Source: Camelus dromedarius (taxonomy: Eukaryota). From it: a DNA stretch of 64,000 nucleotides. Below are positions 1 to 13,249 of the stretch, in pieces. Made by a program: the position numbers and the translations under genes. Below the pieces are notes generated by a model. That model searched no databases and had not been told where the DNA came from. It was given only the letters and a program-made list of their open reading frames with translations. Every line of letters starts with the position of its first letter. The stretch's first letter is position 1. The stretch is taken from the NCBI RefSeq assembly GCF_036321535.1, contig NC_087437.1:17052001-17116000 (forward strand). The letters are read 5' to 3'.

Positions 1-637
1 TTAGGAATCTGAATAAAAACGGTAGCTCATTGATGGATAATGAGTCACTGTACAGAAAAATAGATAATTAAATTAAATTTAAAATTATAAATTACATAAC
101 ATAAATTAAAATTACATTCATGTCTAGGTGAATTTTACCATGCTGTATCTAAGTATAATTTATTTTACAGGGTTTCCTCTAATCTTGTATATAACAAACT
201 AATCTCATTTTCCCGGTTACTTTAATTACAATTTTCTGGGTATGTTCCCATTCATCTCTAATTGGCTTCAAGGTTACTTGTAATATTTTATCTCATGTTT
301 TTTCTGCCTGCTAACTCTCTGTCAAATAAATACACTAAAGGAGCTCACCATATAATGGAATCTTACACTATTCCTTTTATGAAAAATCATTTACAATGCA
401 AATAATGCCATCCCAAATTATTAAGCCTAAAATTTCTAAATACTCTTATGTTCGGTCTTATTCTCTGCTGAAATAGAGCCAGTAACTGGCAAATCTTGAA
501 GAACACATTTTAAAAAAAAGGAAAGGAAGTTGTCATTTTGGAGAGATTTCCTGCATATACAAGTAATATATTTGTTAACTTTCTGTCTTAAATTAAGGAC
601 TGTCATAATTAGCCTCACCATTCCATATGCCAAGAAG

Positions 638-769
638 GAGGGTGACCATACTTCTAGACTGTCCAGAAATATTCTGGGTTATGCTCACTACTTCAGAATA
701 ATTATTAACAACATTTTTGTCACTCTGAAAAGCATCACAGTTTGTACAGTAAGTACTATGGTCACACTA
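638..769 (-). mobile_element. MER94-like hAT-Blackjack MITE
   Basis: Termini gagggtgaccata ... tatggtcacacta are imperfect TIRs; the interior resembles the MER94 consensus as recalled. Confidence 0.7.
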
Positions 770-2024
770 CCTATAGGAAAATCCGGACTCATCACATCCA
801 AGTACCATTTATCCTACCATTTGGCATGTATCTCAAATATACAAGGTATTTTGTGCCTTGAAACCAATGACTGCTAAAAAGACTGTGATGGCTTTAAAAT
901 GTTACTTTTTGGTAAACAGAAAAAAAAAAAGAACTAGTTTATAGGCAGATCTCTTAATCTCCATTATTTTACCCATAATTCACATATAAAAGAGGAAGAC
1001 TACTCTATGGACTGTAAACCTCTTTCAATTCAACATTTTAGAATTCTGTTACTAAAACATTGCTATTTATCATCCCAGTAAAACAAAGAAACAGGAATGA
1101 TAATCAGGTCAGTTAATTCTAATTAATTGATTGGCAATTAATCTATAAGCTAGACTCATTCTACTTTATGATTTCTAAGGTCTCTTTCAATTCAACTTTT
1201 TATGAGTCTATTACTAAAATATTACTATAACATGTGTTACAGTAAAACAAAGAGGAATTCAGAGTATGACACAATCAGAATCCCACCACAGTATAGGAAT
1301 ATGGCTTTAATAAGCATTCAGCTCCAAGTGTACTCTAGTGTACAAAATAAGAACAGAGATTTAAACAAAGAATGTTTCTCGTGAAACACAGGAGACCATA
1401 AAGGCCAATATTATGATCATGATTATCAACCAGAAACCCTTAAATATGATTTGCAGTTGCTTTTGCAACTAACAAGAATGCCACAGAGGAGAACTGGGAA
1501 ATATATTTTAATGTATTCATAACACTTTACTAAACAGCAGCAAACACATGAAAATAGCAATACTACTTGAAAACAGAACAGTAATACATATTATAATTTA
1601 CTGCTTTAAATAAAAGATAAAACTATGTAAAACTAAGTACTTATGCCTTTTAATGTATCAAAAAGAAAAGCCCTTGGGCCTTTAGAGGCCTAAAACATTT
1701 TCCTTCAATTAATAATCAAGTTCAATTAGCCTGATCATCATATTCCCTAAACTTTTCATCAGTTTAAACAGTATAGGCATCTCTCATCCCTATTAATTTT
1801 TTAAAGTACTACTGCTATTAGAGTCAAAATTTCAAATAGGACTTGATTGTTGTAAAATACGTTTAATTCCATTTAAGACCTAAAGGGCTAACAGTTTAAT
1901 CTGAATAGTCTATCATAAATATGATACTTATTGAGTATTTAGTGTTGAACCTTAAGCATTTGTAAGCATCTGTATTTTACTCCATAATATATCCACACTT
2001 GCTTTGTTAAGAAAATGTTTTAGA

Positions 2025-2183
2025 CCCTTACTATGCAAAGTCTGGTCTCTGGACCAGAAGCATTAACACTACCTAGGACCTTGTTAGAAATGTAGCAGCT
2101 CACACCCCAACCCAGAGCTACTGAATCAGAACTGGCATTTTAATAAGTTCCCCATATAATCTGAATACATACTTAAAACACTG
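2025..2183. mobile_element. MER5A-like hAT-Charlie relic
   Basis: Motifs caaagtctggtc, cttgttagaaatg, ctactgaatcagaac, cattttaataag. Confidence 0.7.
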
Positions 2184-3239
2184 TTGGTAAACACATTCTT
2201 TATTTAAATGTAACTCTCCAACTGGTTTTGTTTCTGACTTTATATTTTTCCCATCCGTTCCCAACTCACTTAAAAACTATTTAAGTGGCAATTCCTTCAC
2301 CACTTTTCTGTGCTGCTTTGCTCTAACCCTCTCCTTCCACTGACTAAGTTCTTACTTCTCTCTGATTTTAATTATTTTATACACTGCCTCTTTGTCTCTC
2401 TATTCCTCATCCTACAGAGTTTCTCCAGCACTTTCAAACTTGACCAGTTTTGGAATCTTTTAAGTTTCTCTGCTTCCTGGACATTCCAATACAAGCCAAA
2501 AATTCTAATCCCCCAAGTAAAGTTCAGAGTCCTAGAGTTCTAGATTTTTCTCTATTTTTGTTTTTTTGCAACTTTCTTTCCACTCACTTCTAAGCCAAGA
2601 GGTTTATACATTCAAGGCTCTTTAGGTTTAGTTTACCATTCCCCCAGCGTCATACCAGCAGTAGGAAATATAGTTCTAACATCAAAGAATATTTTAGTTG
2701 GGAAACCAAAGTTCACTTGTACAAACTGATTCTAATAGATAATATATTATGAACAATAATTACAAAATTGTTTAAGTGATAACTGACATGGAAATACTGC
2801 TATGGAGTTTGTGCATCTGTTAATTTACATTTAAATTCGTATTTTTCTTTCTCCTTAAATAATATAATTTTCAAACAAAATAGAACTTAATGTTTTTGAT
2901 AGCCTAACAATGTTTGCAAACTAGTTAAATAGGATAATTTAAAAACTGCAGGCAAAAATTCAAGGAAAACAAAAAGCAACAATGAAAATGTATGCAGTAT
3001 TGCAATACTATAAAACTTAAAAAACTGCTAGCCTGTATTCAGTGTTAATCCACACCTGTGTACATATTTCCACAAAACCTGAAGTACTGATTCCATAATC
3101 AGAAAATCCCTGGAGACAGTTTTGTAAGAAACAAGCTTGTCTTCATTTGACTAAAAAATATCATTACTTACAATGAATTAAATAACAACTTTATTTAAAA
3201 TGTAATATAATACTAAAAACAAAATAAAGAGTTATGTTA

Positions 3240-3398
<159 letters not shown>

Positions 3399-3879
3399 TT
3401 ATGTGGATATGAATTTTAATCTTTCCCTTCAAGGTATAAATTATTTCAGTTTTTTTAAAAAGAAAAGAAACAGTATCAGTGAATATAAAGTGTTAAAGAA
3501 AGCTTTTTTACTGATGACTAGTGAATGTTCTAATGTTTATGAAATATAAACTTTTTATTCTGTATGATAGACACTAAAGTATATAATTTTAAATAGAGTT
3601 CTATTTTCTTAAATATTGATTTCACAGTCAAGTAATTATAAAATTTAACCAAATGCTCCATCAATAATAGTATGACTTCTTGCATTATTTTCTATTTATT
3701 GGCCTATTACTTAGAAATAGTACTCACTAACTGAATAGTATTGAATAAAATGAAATAAACATCAAACTTATAAAACTACTACTTAGTGACAAATCTAAAA
3801 TATGGCAAAGAAATGACTTGAAAATCTTAATTTACTGATGGATTTATTCTAACAAAACTTAAGGACTGCTAAAGTTGCC

Positions 3880-4080
3880 TCATTCCCAGGTACTACTCTA
3901 GATAAAAGGGATATAAGAGTGAACAAAGTCCCTGTTCTCACTGAGTTCTCATTCTAGTGGATGGAGATAAACAGTAGATCAATATATACCAACTCAGATG
4001 TTACAAGAAAAAACGGTCTAGAAACAGGGATATAGAGTGTGCTGCTTTAGATATGGAAGTCACCATAGGCCTCTAAAATC
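3880..4080 (-). mobile_element. L2 3' fragment
   Basis: gtgaacaaagtccctgttctcactgagttctcattctagtgg is typical of the L2 3' end. Confidence 0.6.
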
Positions 4081-5931
4081 AGAGACTCCATAAATGAACT
4101 TCATGTGACATAAAATACAAACCAATTTCAAGCATAAAATGAGTATAGAGAAATTGTGTATTTTGGAGGGAAAGGGAAAAATTTTTTGGATGTTTGGTTA
4201 AGTTATGTGTATATCTTATAAACTAGACTATGAAACAGACTAAATATGTATGTGCATGCATGCACTTTTTCTTGAAAAAATATAATCATGGAATTCTTGG
4301 GTCTACTCTACAGCTTACTTGTTAAGATTTTAAAAGATCACAGTATTAAACGGTGGGGAAATGCTCAAAGAGATCATTAAGAATCAAAAGTTCTCAAACT
4401 GTGAGTATCTCTAGGGCAGGGGCATAAAACAATTTCATGGAATGAAGCTTTCATTTGCTTAAGAATTGGCTTCATTTTCATAAAGAAGTAAGAAATAATG
4501 GAGACTCACTCTTGTGGATTTTTATATACAATATTACAGTTGAAAATATTTTAGCAAGTGTGTCAACTACTTAGAAAAATACAATACAGAGAGAATTAAA
4601 TATATCCAAGGGCTCTTTCTGACTCAAGTGAAGTGTTTATGGCCTTATTTCACAGAGAATCAAACTTTTTAGTCTCCCTTTTTTGGGAAACTATAGAAAC
4701 AATAAATTCTTTCCAAAAATACAAAGCTTTTTGAAAAGTTAAGTAGACAATAGAGGCTAACAAGAATATAATAGTCCTGAAAAAGGAAGGGAAGTTAAGA
4801 CTACAGTATACCCTTGATATCTGTGACAGGTAACACCTGAATAATACACATGGAAATAGCACTACTCTATTAGCCAATGATGTCAGAGTTACTGGCAAAT
4901 TCAGTATCTTATTTTAAAAGTCATGCCTGAAAATCTTGACTTTCTTCCTCACTTTCATTACCAGCCTGCACTAGTAACCAGCTTCCTTCTTAAAGAAAGA
5001 TTTTTCACACAGAAACAACTTTTTCCACTTTGAGAGATACCACTGAATAGAGAACAGTTTGTAGTTGCAGCACTGAGATGCTGATGCTGGATGGAGGGCC
5101 AGGACTGCTCATTATCAGAGTTAATCATCCATGTACAACAGTTGCCCAGTGCATGATTTACATCTGTGCTTGGCATAATCACAAATTACTACATGTAATG
5201 GCATAATCACCTGCCAGTGATCAAAGTCACTAAGTTAAATCTATGAACAAAAAAAATAAGAACAAAGCAAAACACCTCCCTGCCCAAGAATATGTCTCCA
5301 TTTTAAGAATGAATTAATCTACTAATAAATGATAGAACATATACAGTAGACCATAATCAAAAAATGTATTTCATAAGAATGTTTAATTATATCCATAAAC
5401 TCTCATTGGCTGTATGCTTTGTCAAAGTAGATGAGATTTTGTTTTTAAATTAAATGGCAACTGCTATATAATTTTCAGCATTACTATGATTACTGATTAA
5501 AATGATCCTCATCCTAACAGAAATTCTGAATGGAAAAAAAAAAAGTTGGGAGGCATTTTCAAGATGACTTTAGATTACCAATGTTGAGAAAGTAAGATGA
5601 GTACTCAAAATTTTAAAAGAGAAAAAATTTTGGTGGGAAAAAAAAACCACTTACCTAGGGGAGCTTTTAAATACTTCAAGCACTTCCCTAATCTCCACTC
5701 ACAACATAGCTGAGAAACATCCTTCCAGATTTCTCAAGGGACATCATTCTCAGGGATGTGATCCATGATGTGCATGTGGGCTGTGAGGATATTATAGCCC
5801 CCAGAATTTGTAATGGCTGCATCTAGCACTGTTTTCAATCACTACTACTTTCTTTTACTAACTCTAAAACAACAACACCACCACCACCACCACACAAGAG
5901 TGCAACCTGGTTTCAAAGATAATTAACTCAC

Positions 5932-6039
5932 TTTTTGTGGAGGAACTCTCCAGCTGCCACAGCAACAGGGCGATGTGCTGAGTATACCAAGTGGTAAACA
6001 TTTTCACAGTCTTCATTGGAAAGAGCTTCTTCACTTCCA
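5932..6039 (-). CDS. STAG1: STAG1 coding exon (~exon 13, 108 nt, phase 2-2): [36 protein letters not shown]
   Basis: Acceptor aattttcag|T, donor AAA|gtgagt. Confidence 0.97.
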
Positions 6040-8289
6040 CTGAAAATTTCAGAAAGCAACATTAAGCCAAGACAAATGTTTACTGTCAGTTCTATTGTTA
6101 TTAACATTTTTAAAAAGTTTTTTATAAAAGCTCAAGGTATACTAATTTTATTTTCATAATTTTAGTCTGAATTTGAAAGCAGTATTTTTCTTTAATTATG
6201 AAAGACAATTAATTGTTACAGAAAATTCAGAAAATAGATAAAACAAGAAAATAAAATGTCCACATTTCTTCCAATACACAACTACAGACAAAGACTGTCA
6301 ATACCTTTGGATATATATTAGCCCAAATTAGCTCAGTTTCTTTAAAGGTGCCTAAGATTTTTGTTAATAGTCACTTGGAGATATATTTGTCCTTGTTACA
6401 CAGAGTTAAATTATTATTATACTATGCAACCCTTCTTTCTAGAATTATCTGTTTTAAATTACATTTTATCATAATATTTACAATACTACTTAGTCTTCTT
6501 TCTATATAAATATGGATTCACTAGTCAACAACCACTCCTTTACTAACACAAATTTCTCACCTTTCCATTCATGTATTCTTAAAGTTTGAAAATTTTTTTA
6601 GTTTGCTGGAATATATCTTTAAGTATTTTCTTTCCCCAAAAAGGAGCATGTATTTCCTGACTACTAATATGATTAAAACTATGTGATAGGATTTTAGATT
6701 AACAACTAGATGACAAATAGAATTCTTGGTTGTACAGGTTCTTGACAAGTTGTAGGGGTATAAACTCATTCCCTAGAATTCAATCCCAGAGATGCCTCAG
6801 AAGCTAGGAGGAGATTGAGGGATCTGTCAAATAAATATAAAATTAGAATAATCTTTGCAGCAAAAGAAGATAGTTTCATCACAGTATAAGGCAGAAATAT
6901 AGTTCTGAATGAAAAAGAGCTGGATATCAAGGATGGGACACAGATTAGAAGCCTTTTTTAAAGCATACTTCTACCCCCTCTCAACAAAGCCTAAGTTTTA
7001 ATCTCTTCACTAAATTATATATATATCATCAGATCAATTAGCTAATACCTTCAGGATAAAGTTAAATTCATAGGAAAAAAATTTAACAGGGTATGTCAGT
7101 AACATAAACTCATAAGTGAAACGAAAATAATCTATACCAAAAGAAAGAGAATAAACAGATGGGTAGAAAAGGAATTTAAAGATGGTATAACAGGATGTTT
7201 AATGTAACTTTGCTTATTGTTTGGGAAAGTTTAGTTAGAGATACCACAAGCCAAGAAAAATAAGTCCAGATCATTTCATGCAAATGCTGTAAGAGACTGG
7301 AGAGTTAGTTTTGTAAACCTTAGCTCATTATTCACCAAAATAATATATAAAGTAGAAATTAGGAGATTGAGCAATACAATGAGTGTAAATCCATACTTCC
7401 TCTAATTTCTTTGATGCCAGATATGAAATACTTTTTAAAGGGAACCAGCCTGGATGGTTTTAAAAGATATTTTCCCCAACAAGACTACCTATGGAGCAAG
7501 CAAGTCAAGCAGAGGAAATCTGAAAGTTAGGGGCTGAGTCAAAGTAAATAGCCAGGGGAGGCATCGTCCACTCTGGTGAACCACAGTCTCAAATACCTAA
7601 AGTGGGGAAAGCTCTCTGAGGAATCTTCAAAAGGACCAATGTATCTAGTGAATTAGGTCATCTGACACAGCTGGAGGGCCATACTATCCCTTTTAGATAA
7701 AACATGTTCTGCCCTTATGTCCTCCAGTGAAAATGCAGAAAATAACCTCAAAAATAGACTTTTGAAAATAGCCAAACCATTTTCTATTCATGAATAAAGT
7801 AAGATTTTTTAGTCAAACAAGGTCTCAGATGATTAGAAAATACACTTTAAGGAAGTAAACTAGCTGGAAAGATAATATTGGAGGAGTCTATGAGAAAATT
7901 ATTCTTCCTTGGGAGTAAGGGAAGAAGTAATATCAAAGCAAAGTTTACTTCTGTCTAAATGAGCAAGTACTGAAACTAAATAAAAAAGGAAGCAAAAACA
8001 AAAAAAGTAAGAAAGTAATCCTTAGCAATAGATTTTAAACTCTAGACAATTCCCAATGAAACAGATGGGTGGGTAAAATGTGGGTATTTTTTTGTTCAAG
8101 GAAAGGCATCAATAAGCTTGTGAAATTAATAAGGAAACTATAAGTAGGAGGCCTCATGTTTTAAAATAGAATTGAAAAGGAAAAAACTCTTCATAAATGA
8201 AGAATGGGATGTAAGGATAAAGTGAATACTTCAGAAAATGTACAAATCATGAACACAGAGGTACTGATCTATATATATATTCTGAGATA

Positions 8290-10560
8290 TACCAAGCAAC
8301 AACCTACAAAGAAAGGTAAGTCAACAACAGTAGTTAACACATCCCTCTTAAAAAGTAGACAAAAAATAAGCAGATATTGATAATTTGCATGACAAAGTAA
8401 ATAAATTCAATGTAATGAATATAAATACATAACTATATATACAAGGTAGACATTTATTTTTAAATATACCTATTTACCAAACACTCAGAACACATTCTCA
8501 AATAATGCTATAAAATAGAACAGCTTTAACACACTGATCGCCACATCACCCAAATATGAGTAACAGTTGTGTTTCCTTAGGGGCTCTGTCACCCAGATAT
8601 GGGTGACGCTTTCCTTCATCCAATTATTCCAAATTTATTCTGTGCAGAGTAATGAAATTCCAAGAAGAAATAAAGCTGTAAAGACGTTGCAAATTGAGAA
8701 CAAGAAAAGAAATGGTTTTTTAAAACAATTCCAATTGTTCTGGAAAAACAAACAGATTAATTATAAGCACATATATTGTTAGTGTGTCATACTGGGGTGA
8801 AATGTGAATTTGGGCCTCGGAGGAAACACACACAGATCCACAGTGGGCGATCAACATGTTAAACAATCTGATCCAGGGAGAACAAAAACAAGTACTGAAT
8901 TGATTGAATTGAAAATCATAAAGGTAATCAAAATATTTACCACTAAAGATCTATGGAAATATACTATGTCCAAATTTTTAGGAGACTAGTAAAGTAGCAC
9001 TTAAAGGTATATTTATTATTTTAAATATGATTATTCAAAGCAAGAAACAAACAGCTAAAAGAAGCTAGTTCTCTGAAAAGCAACAGTAAGATGGACAAAC
9101 CTCTGGCATGACTGATCAAGAAAAAGAATATACAGATAAAATGAATGATGAGAAAGGAATTAAAAAAAGAAACAGTTTTATGAAAAAAATCATGAGCTAT
9201 AAAATAATAAAGTTGAAAACTGTGATGAAATTGATATATTTTAAAAAGCTTACAAAAAGCCAAAATTAATACATGAGGAAATAAAAGTTACTATAGATAG
9301 ATAACCACTAAAGAAGTAGAAGTATTAATCAAAGACCTTTTCCTCAAAAGAAGCTCAAAACTGACACAGCTTACACAAGAGAATTCTCTCAAAATGTCAA
9401 GGAAAAATTAATCTCTGTCATAGAAACTTTATTTCAGTACAGAAAAAGGGTGAAAAGCTATTAAAGGTATCTTACAAATGGTATATAACCTTGATTTCAA
9501 AGTTGTACAAGTAACCAAAAAAAAAAGTATGTCAAATTTACACATGATACAGGTGTGAAAATCCTAAATAAGATCTTAAATATAACACTGCATTTAAGCA
9601 AAACAGTGAAAACAAATATGTCTGTTTAAATAGGATTTATTATAGAAATGCAGGGATGGTTTACCATTAGAAAAGATCAATCAATTTCATTCAAGCTTAT
9701 CAATTTATGAAAGGAAAATCCCAAAAAACTGAGAATACAAAGGAACTTTTATCATATCAAAGACCTATCTCAGAAACTGCAGTTATAAAGAACTTTAGAT
9801 ACCTTCTTAGACCAAGAACAAAAAAACCCCACTACCAGTCATATTTTTATAGTGCTTAATGTCCTGGCCAATGCAAGTAGGTAAGAGAATAAAACAAAAG
9901 TTTTAAGGTTAGAAAAGAAGACAAAACCAAAAACATCTGCAGATCATATAATAATCTACATAGTAAATCCAACACAAACTATCAAAACGGATAAAAGTTC
10001 TATAGGCTGCACATATAAGACCAACATAAAAATGAAAGGTTTCTCTGCCTCAGCAATAAGCAAGTAGAAAATATTTTTAACACTAAATACTAATCATACA
10101 ACAACAAAACCATAAGGTATTTAAGAATTAACCTAATAATGTACAATACGGTTATGAAAAAATTTAAACTTTATTTAAACCTAATGAGATTTGAATAAAG
10201 AAATGCATCACTTTCATGTATAAATGATATATAATTATAAAAAATTCCATTCTCTCCTAAATTAATCATAAAATTAAATGTAGTTCTAGTATTTAAAATC
10301 TCAACCAAAGTATCTGAAGAATTAGAGAAAAGTACTTAAAAAATTCATAAAGAAGAAAAAAAAATCCACAAGCAGCTAAGTGGATTTTCAAAAGAAAAAG
10401 CAAAAAGAAGGAATCAACCATTTAGAGGCCATATTTATAACATCAACATATACTACATTATAAAGCCACAAAAAAAAGAATATGCTACTAGAGCAGAAAG
10501 AGGTAAAAAGAGATCGAAACAACAGACCCTAGCATACATGATGTTTGGTGTATAATAGAT
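8290..10560 (+). mobile_element. Highly degraded old L1 ORF2 region (L1ME-like)
   Basis: A-rich; remnants gacaaacctctggc, aaaatcctaaataa, atgcagggatggttt, gaattaacctaa. Confidence 0.65.
8530..8858. mobile_element. Non-autonomous piggyBac-type MITE (329 bp) with TTAA target-site duplication
   Basis: TTAA at 8526-8529 and 8859-8862; 13-bp imperfect TIRs; 19-bp subterminal repeats. Confidence 0.8.
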
Positions 10561-10756
10561 ATAGCATCAAGAAGTAGGGAGGGGAGGATCTATAATGACT
10601 TTGTTAAGGACTTGCATACTTTCACTTAGATACTTCCTAGTTTTTATAACGACACTATTTAAATGCCTTATTTCCTTTCTTCTCCTTCTATATCATTCCA
10701 AAGAAGCCTATTTGAAAAACCTATCCCCTTTGAAGGCTTCTCTCTCTCTCTTCTTT

Positions 10757-11628
10757 AAAAATATATTTTTATTGAAGTATAATCAGTTTACAATGTTGTA
10801 TCAATTTCTGGTGTACAGCACAATACTTCAGACATACAGGAACATACATATATTCGTTTTCATATTCTTTTTCACCATACATTACTACAAGATATTGAAT
10901 ATAGTTCCCTGTGCTGTACAGTATAAACTTGTTGTTTATCTATTTTATATATAGTAGTTAGTATATGCAAATCTCGAACTCCCAATTTATCCCTTTCCAC
11001 CCCTTTTCCCCCGGTAACCATAAGTTTGTTTTTTATGTCTGTAAATCTGTTTCTGTTTTATAAATAAGTTCGTTTGTCTTTTTTTTTTTTTTTTTAAGAT
11101 TCCACATGTAAGTGATATCATACAGTTTTTTTCTTTCTCTTTCTGGCTTACTGCACTTAGAATGACATTCTCCAGGTCCATCCATGTTGCTGCAAATAGC
11201 ATTTTATTATTTTTATGGCTGAGTAGTATTCCATTGTATAAATATACCACAACTTATTTATCCAGTCATATGTCAATAGACATTTAGGTTGTTTCCATGG
11301 CTTGGCTATCATAAATAGTGTTGCTGTGAACACTGGGGTGCATGTATCCTTTTGAATTAGAGTTTCCTCTGGATATATGTACAGGAGTGGAATTGCTGGA
11401 TCATATGCTGAGTCTATTTTCAGTGTTTTGAGGAATCTCCAGCTTGTTTTCCGTAATGGCCACACCAAACTACATTCCTAAACAGTGTAAGTAGGTTCCC
11501 TTTTATTCACACCCTTTCCAGCATTTATCATTTGTGGACTTTTGAATGATGGCCATTCTGACAGTTGTGAGGTGATACCTCACTGTAGTTTTGATTTGCA
11601 TTTCTCTGATACTTAGTGATATTTAGCA
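10757..11628 (-). mobile_element. 5'-truncated L1 (ORF2 C-terminus plus 3'UTR), relatively young
   Basis: ORF 11157..11468 reads ...YDPAIPLLYIYP...WKQPKC...WINKLWYIYTMEYYSAIK (ORF2p C-terminal domain); a tctctctct-ttt flank is duplicated on both sides. Confidence 0.92.
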
Positions 11629-11909
11629 TCTCTCTCTTTTTAAACAGAAAGGTATGTTAACTTCACTGATAATTCCTCTGGATTGCATAAAGGAACTTTT
11701 ATATGAAGGAAACAGACAATATTCAAAATAAAAAACAGAGAGAAAACAAAATATTTTGTTTCAAACTTAACCCTGAAATGTAAAAGTAGAACCTAGAGTG
11801 ATAAAAATATGTATTACAGTTATACATATGAAGTACATCAATAATGCTGGGAAAAAATTATAAATTTATCAACGGATGAAATTAAAATATTAACAAATGT
11901 TATACTCAC

Positions 11910-11989
11910 TGAAGTATCAGAGTAACCAATCGAATAGCTTCCACAGCAACATCATATTCCTTATCAAGTGTCATTGATACAATGCGATC
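11910..11989 (-). CDS. STAG1: STAG1 coding exon (~exon 12, 80 nt, phase 0-2): [27 protein letters not shown]
   Basis: Acceptor cttttttcag|GAT, donor TCA|gtgagt. Confidence 0.97.
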
Positions 11990-12492
11990 CTGAAAAAAGT
12001 TATAGATCAAACCAAGCATGGACAGAAAATAAGTTGAGAAAGATCTGAGATAATGTCTTTGGGGGAGTACATGGAAGACTAATGATAGATTAAATGTAAA
12101 GTTTTACTCTTGAAACCATATTATCATAGTCCTACTTATACAAAAGAGGTGTTAACATGAATGTTTATAATCTAAAATCTTTTTCATCAACTGGCATTCT
12201 CTAACAGAGACAAACCTTAACTTGCAAAATTAATATAATTATAACAAGTTGTATATAAAGCAAATCTTATTTAAGCAGGAGAGCCTTCTACTGAAGGCAA
12301 TAAATAAGAACTCATGTTGATAATATCCTTTGCAAAGCAGAGATTCATTCATTCATCTAAGTAATAAACGTTCATTTAAAGAATATACAATAAAGAATAT
12401 AAACTAAACACTTGTTCTGGTAACATCATTTGCTAAACTAGCTATAACTACCATTTTTAAAGCAAAAAATAAAATAAGCTAAGCATTCTCAC

Positions 12493-12591
12493 CTTGAATC
12501 GGTTAGTGAATAGCTCCAATTTGGGGAATAATTCTCTATTGGTATATAGGCTTTGGAGAGCTTTCAAACACTTCAGCCTGACTTCTCCTTG
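12493..12591 (-). CDS. STAG1: STAG1 coding exon (~exon 11, 99 nt, phase 0-0): [33 protein letters not shown]
   Basis: Acceptor tatttctgaag|CAA (AAG type), donor AAG|gtgaga. Confidence 0.96.
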
Positions 12592-13249
12592 CTTCAGAAA
12601 TACAAATAAAAACACAACAGAAGCTATCAATTCCACACCACAGAAGCTGAAAAGATTTTCAAGTCTATATGAAGACTAAAGTAATTTTCAGCTTAACCAT
12701 TCAATTCACTTCATATTGTAATTCAACATAAGGTGGAACCAAGCAACTGTAATGCAGCTGTATTTAATTAAAAATGCACTAAAAACCCCTTAGTTACTTG
12801 AGAGTAAGCTATACCTATTTCAAATATATATCAATTCTGATTCAACATGAAATATTTTCCACATTATACTGAGGCACTTTGAGAGAATTTTTAACCTATG
12901 ATTTCAATTAAAGAAGAGTATGCTAATTTGTCCTTCCTGTAGAAAAACCTAATTTCATATTAAAGGGTCACCATTTATTCATTTAACAAACATTTACCAG
13001 ATACTTTTTACATTTCAGAAAGAACACTTAGGAAAACATGATGAAGGTAAGAACGTTTAAAACAGGCAACATAGAGTGATGTGCCCTCGAGCTGCTATTT
13101 ACTAGAGAAATATAACAAAATCATTAAGTTGGAATAGAAGATGTTGGTGGTCAAAGTGCATTCAGGGTCATTTAGATATTTAGCCAAACTCTCTCAAATA
13201 ATTCAAAAGAAAATGAAGTTTCTATGTTCAAAATGAAGTAATGTGCTTT

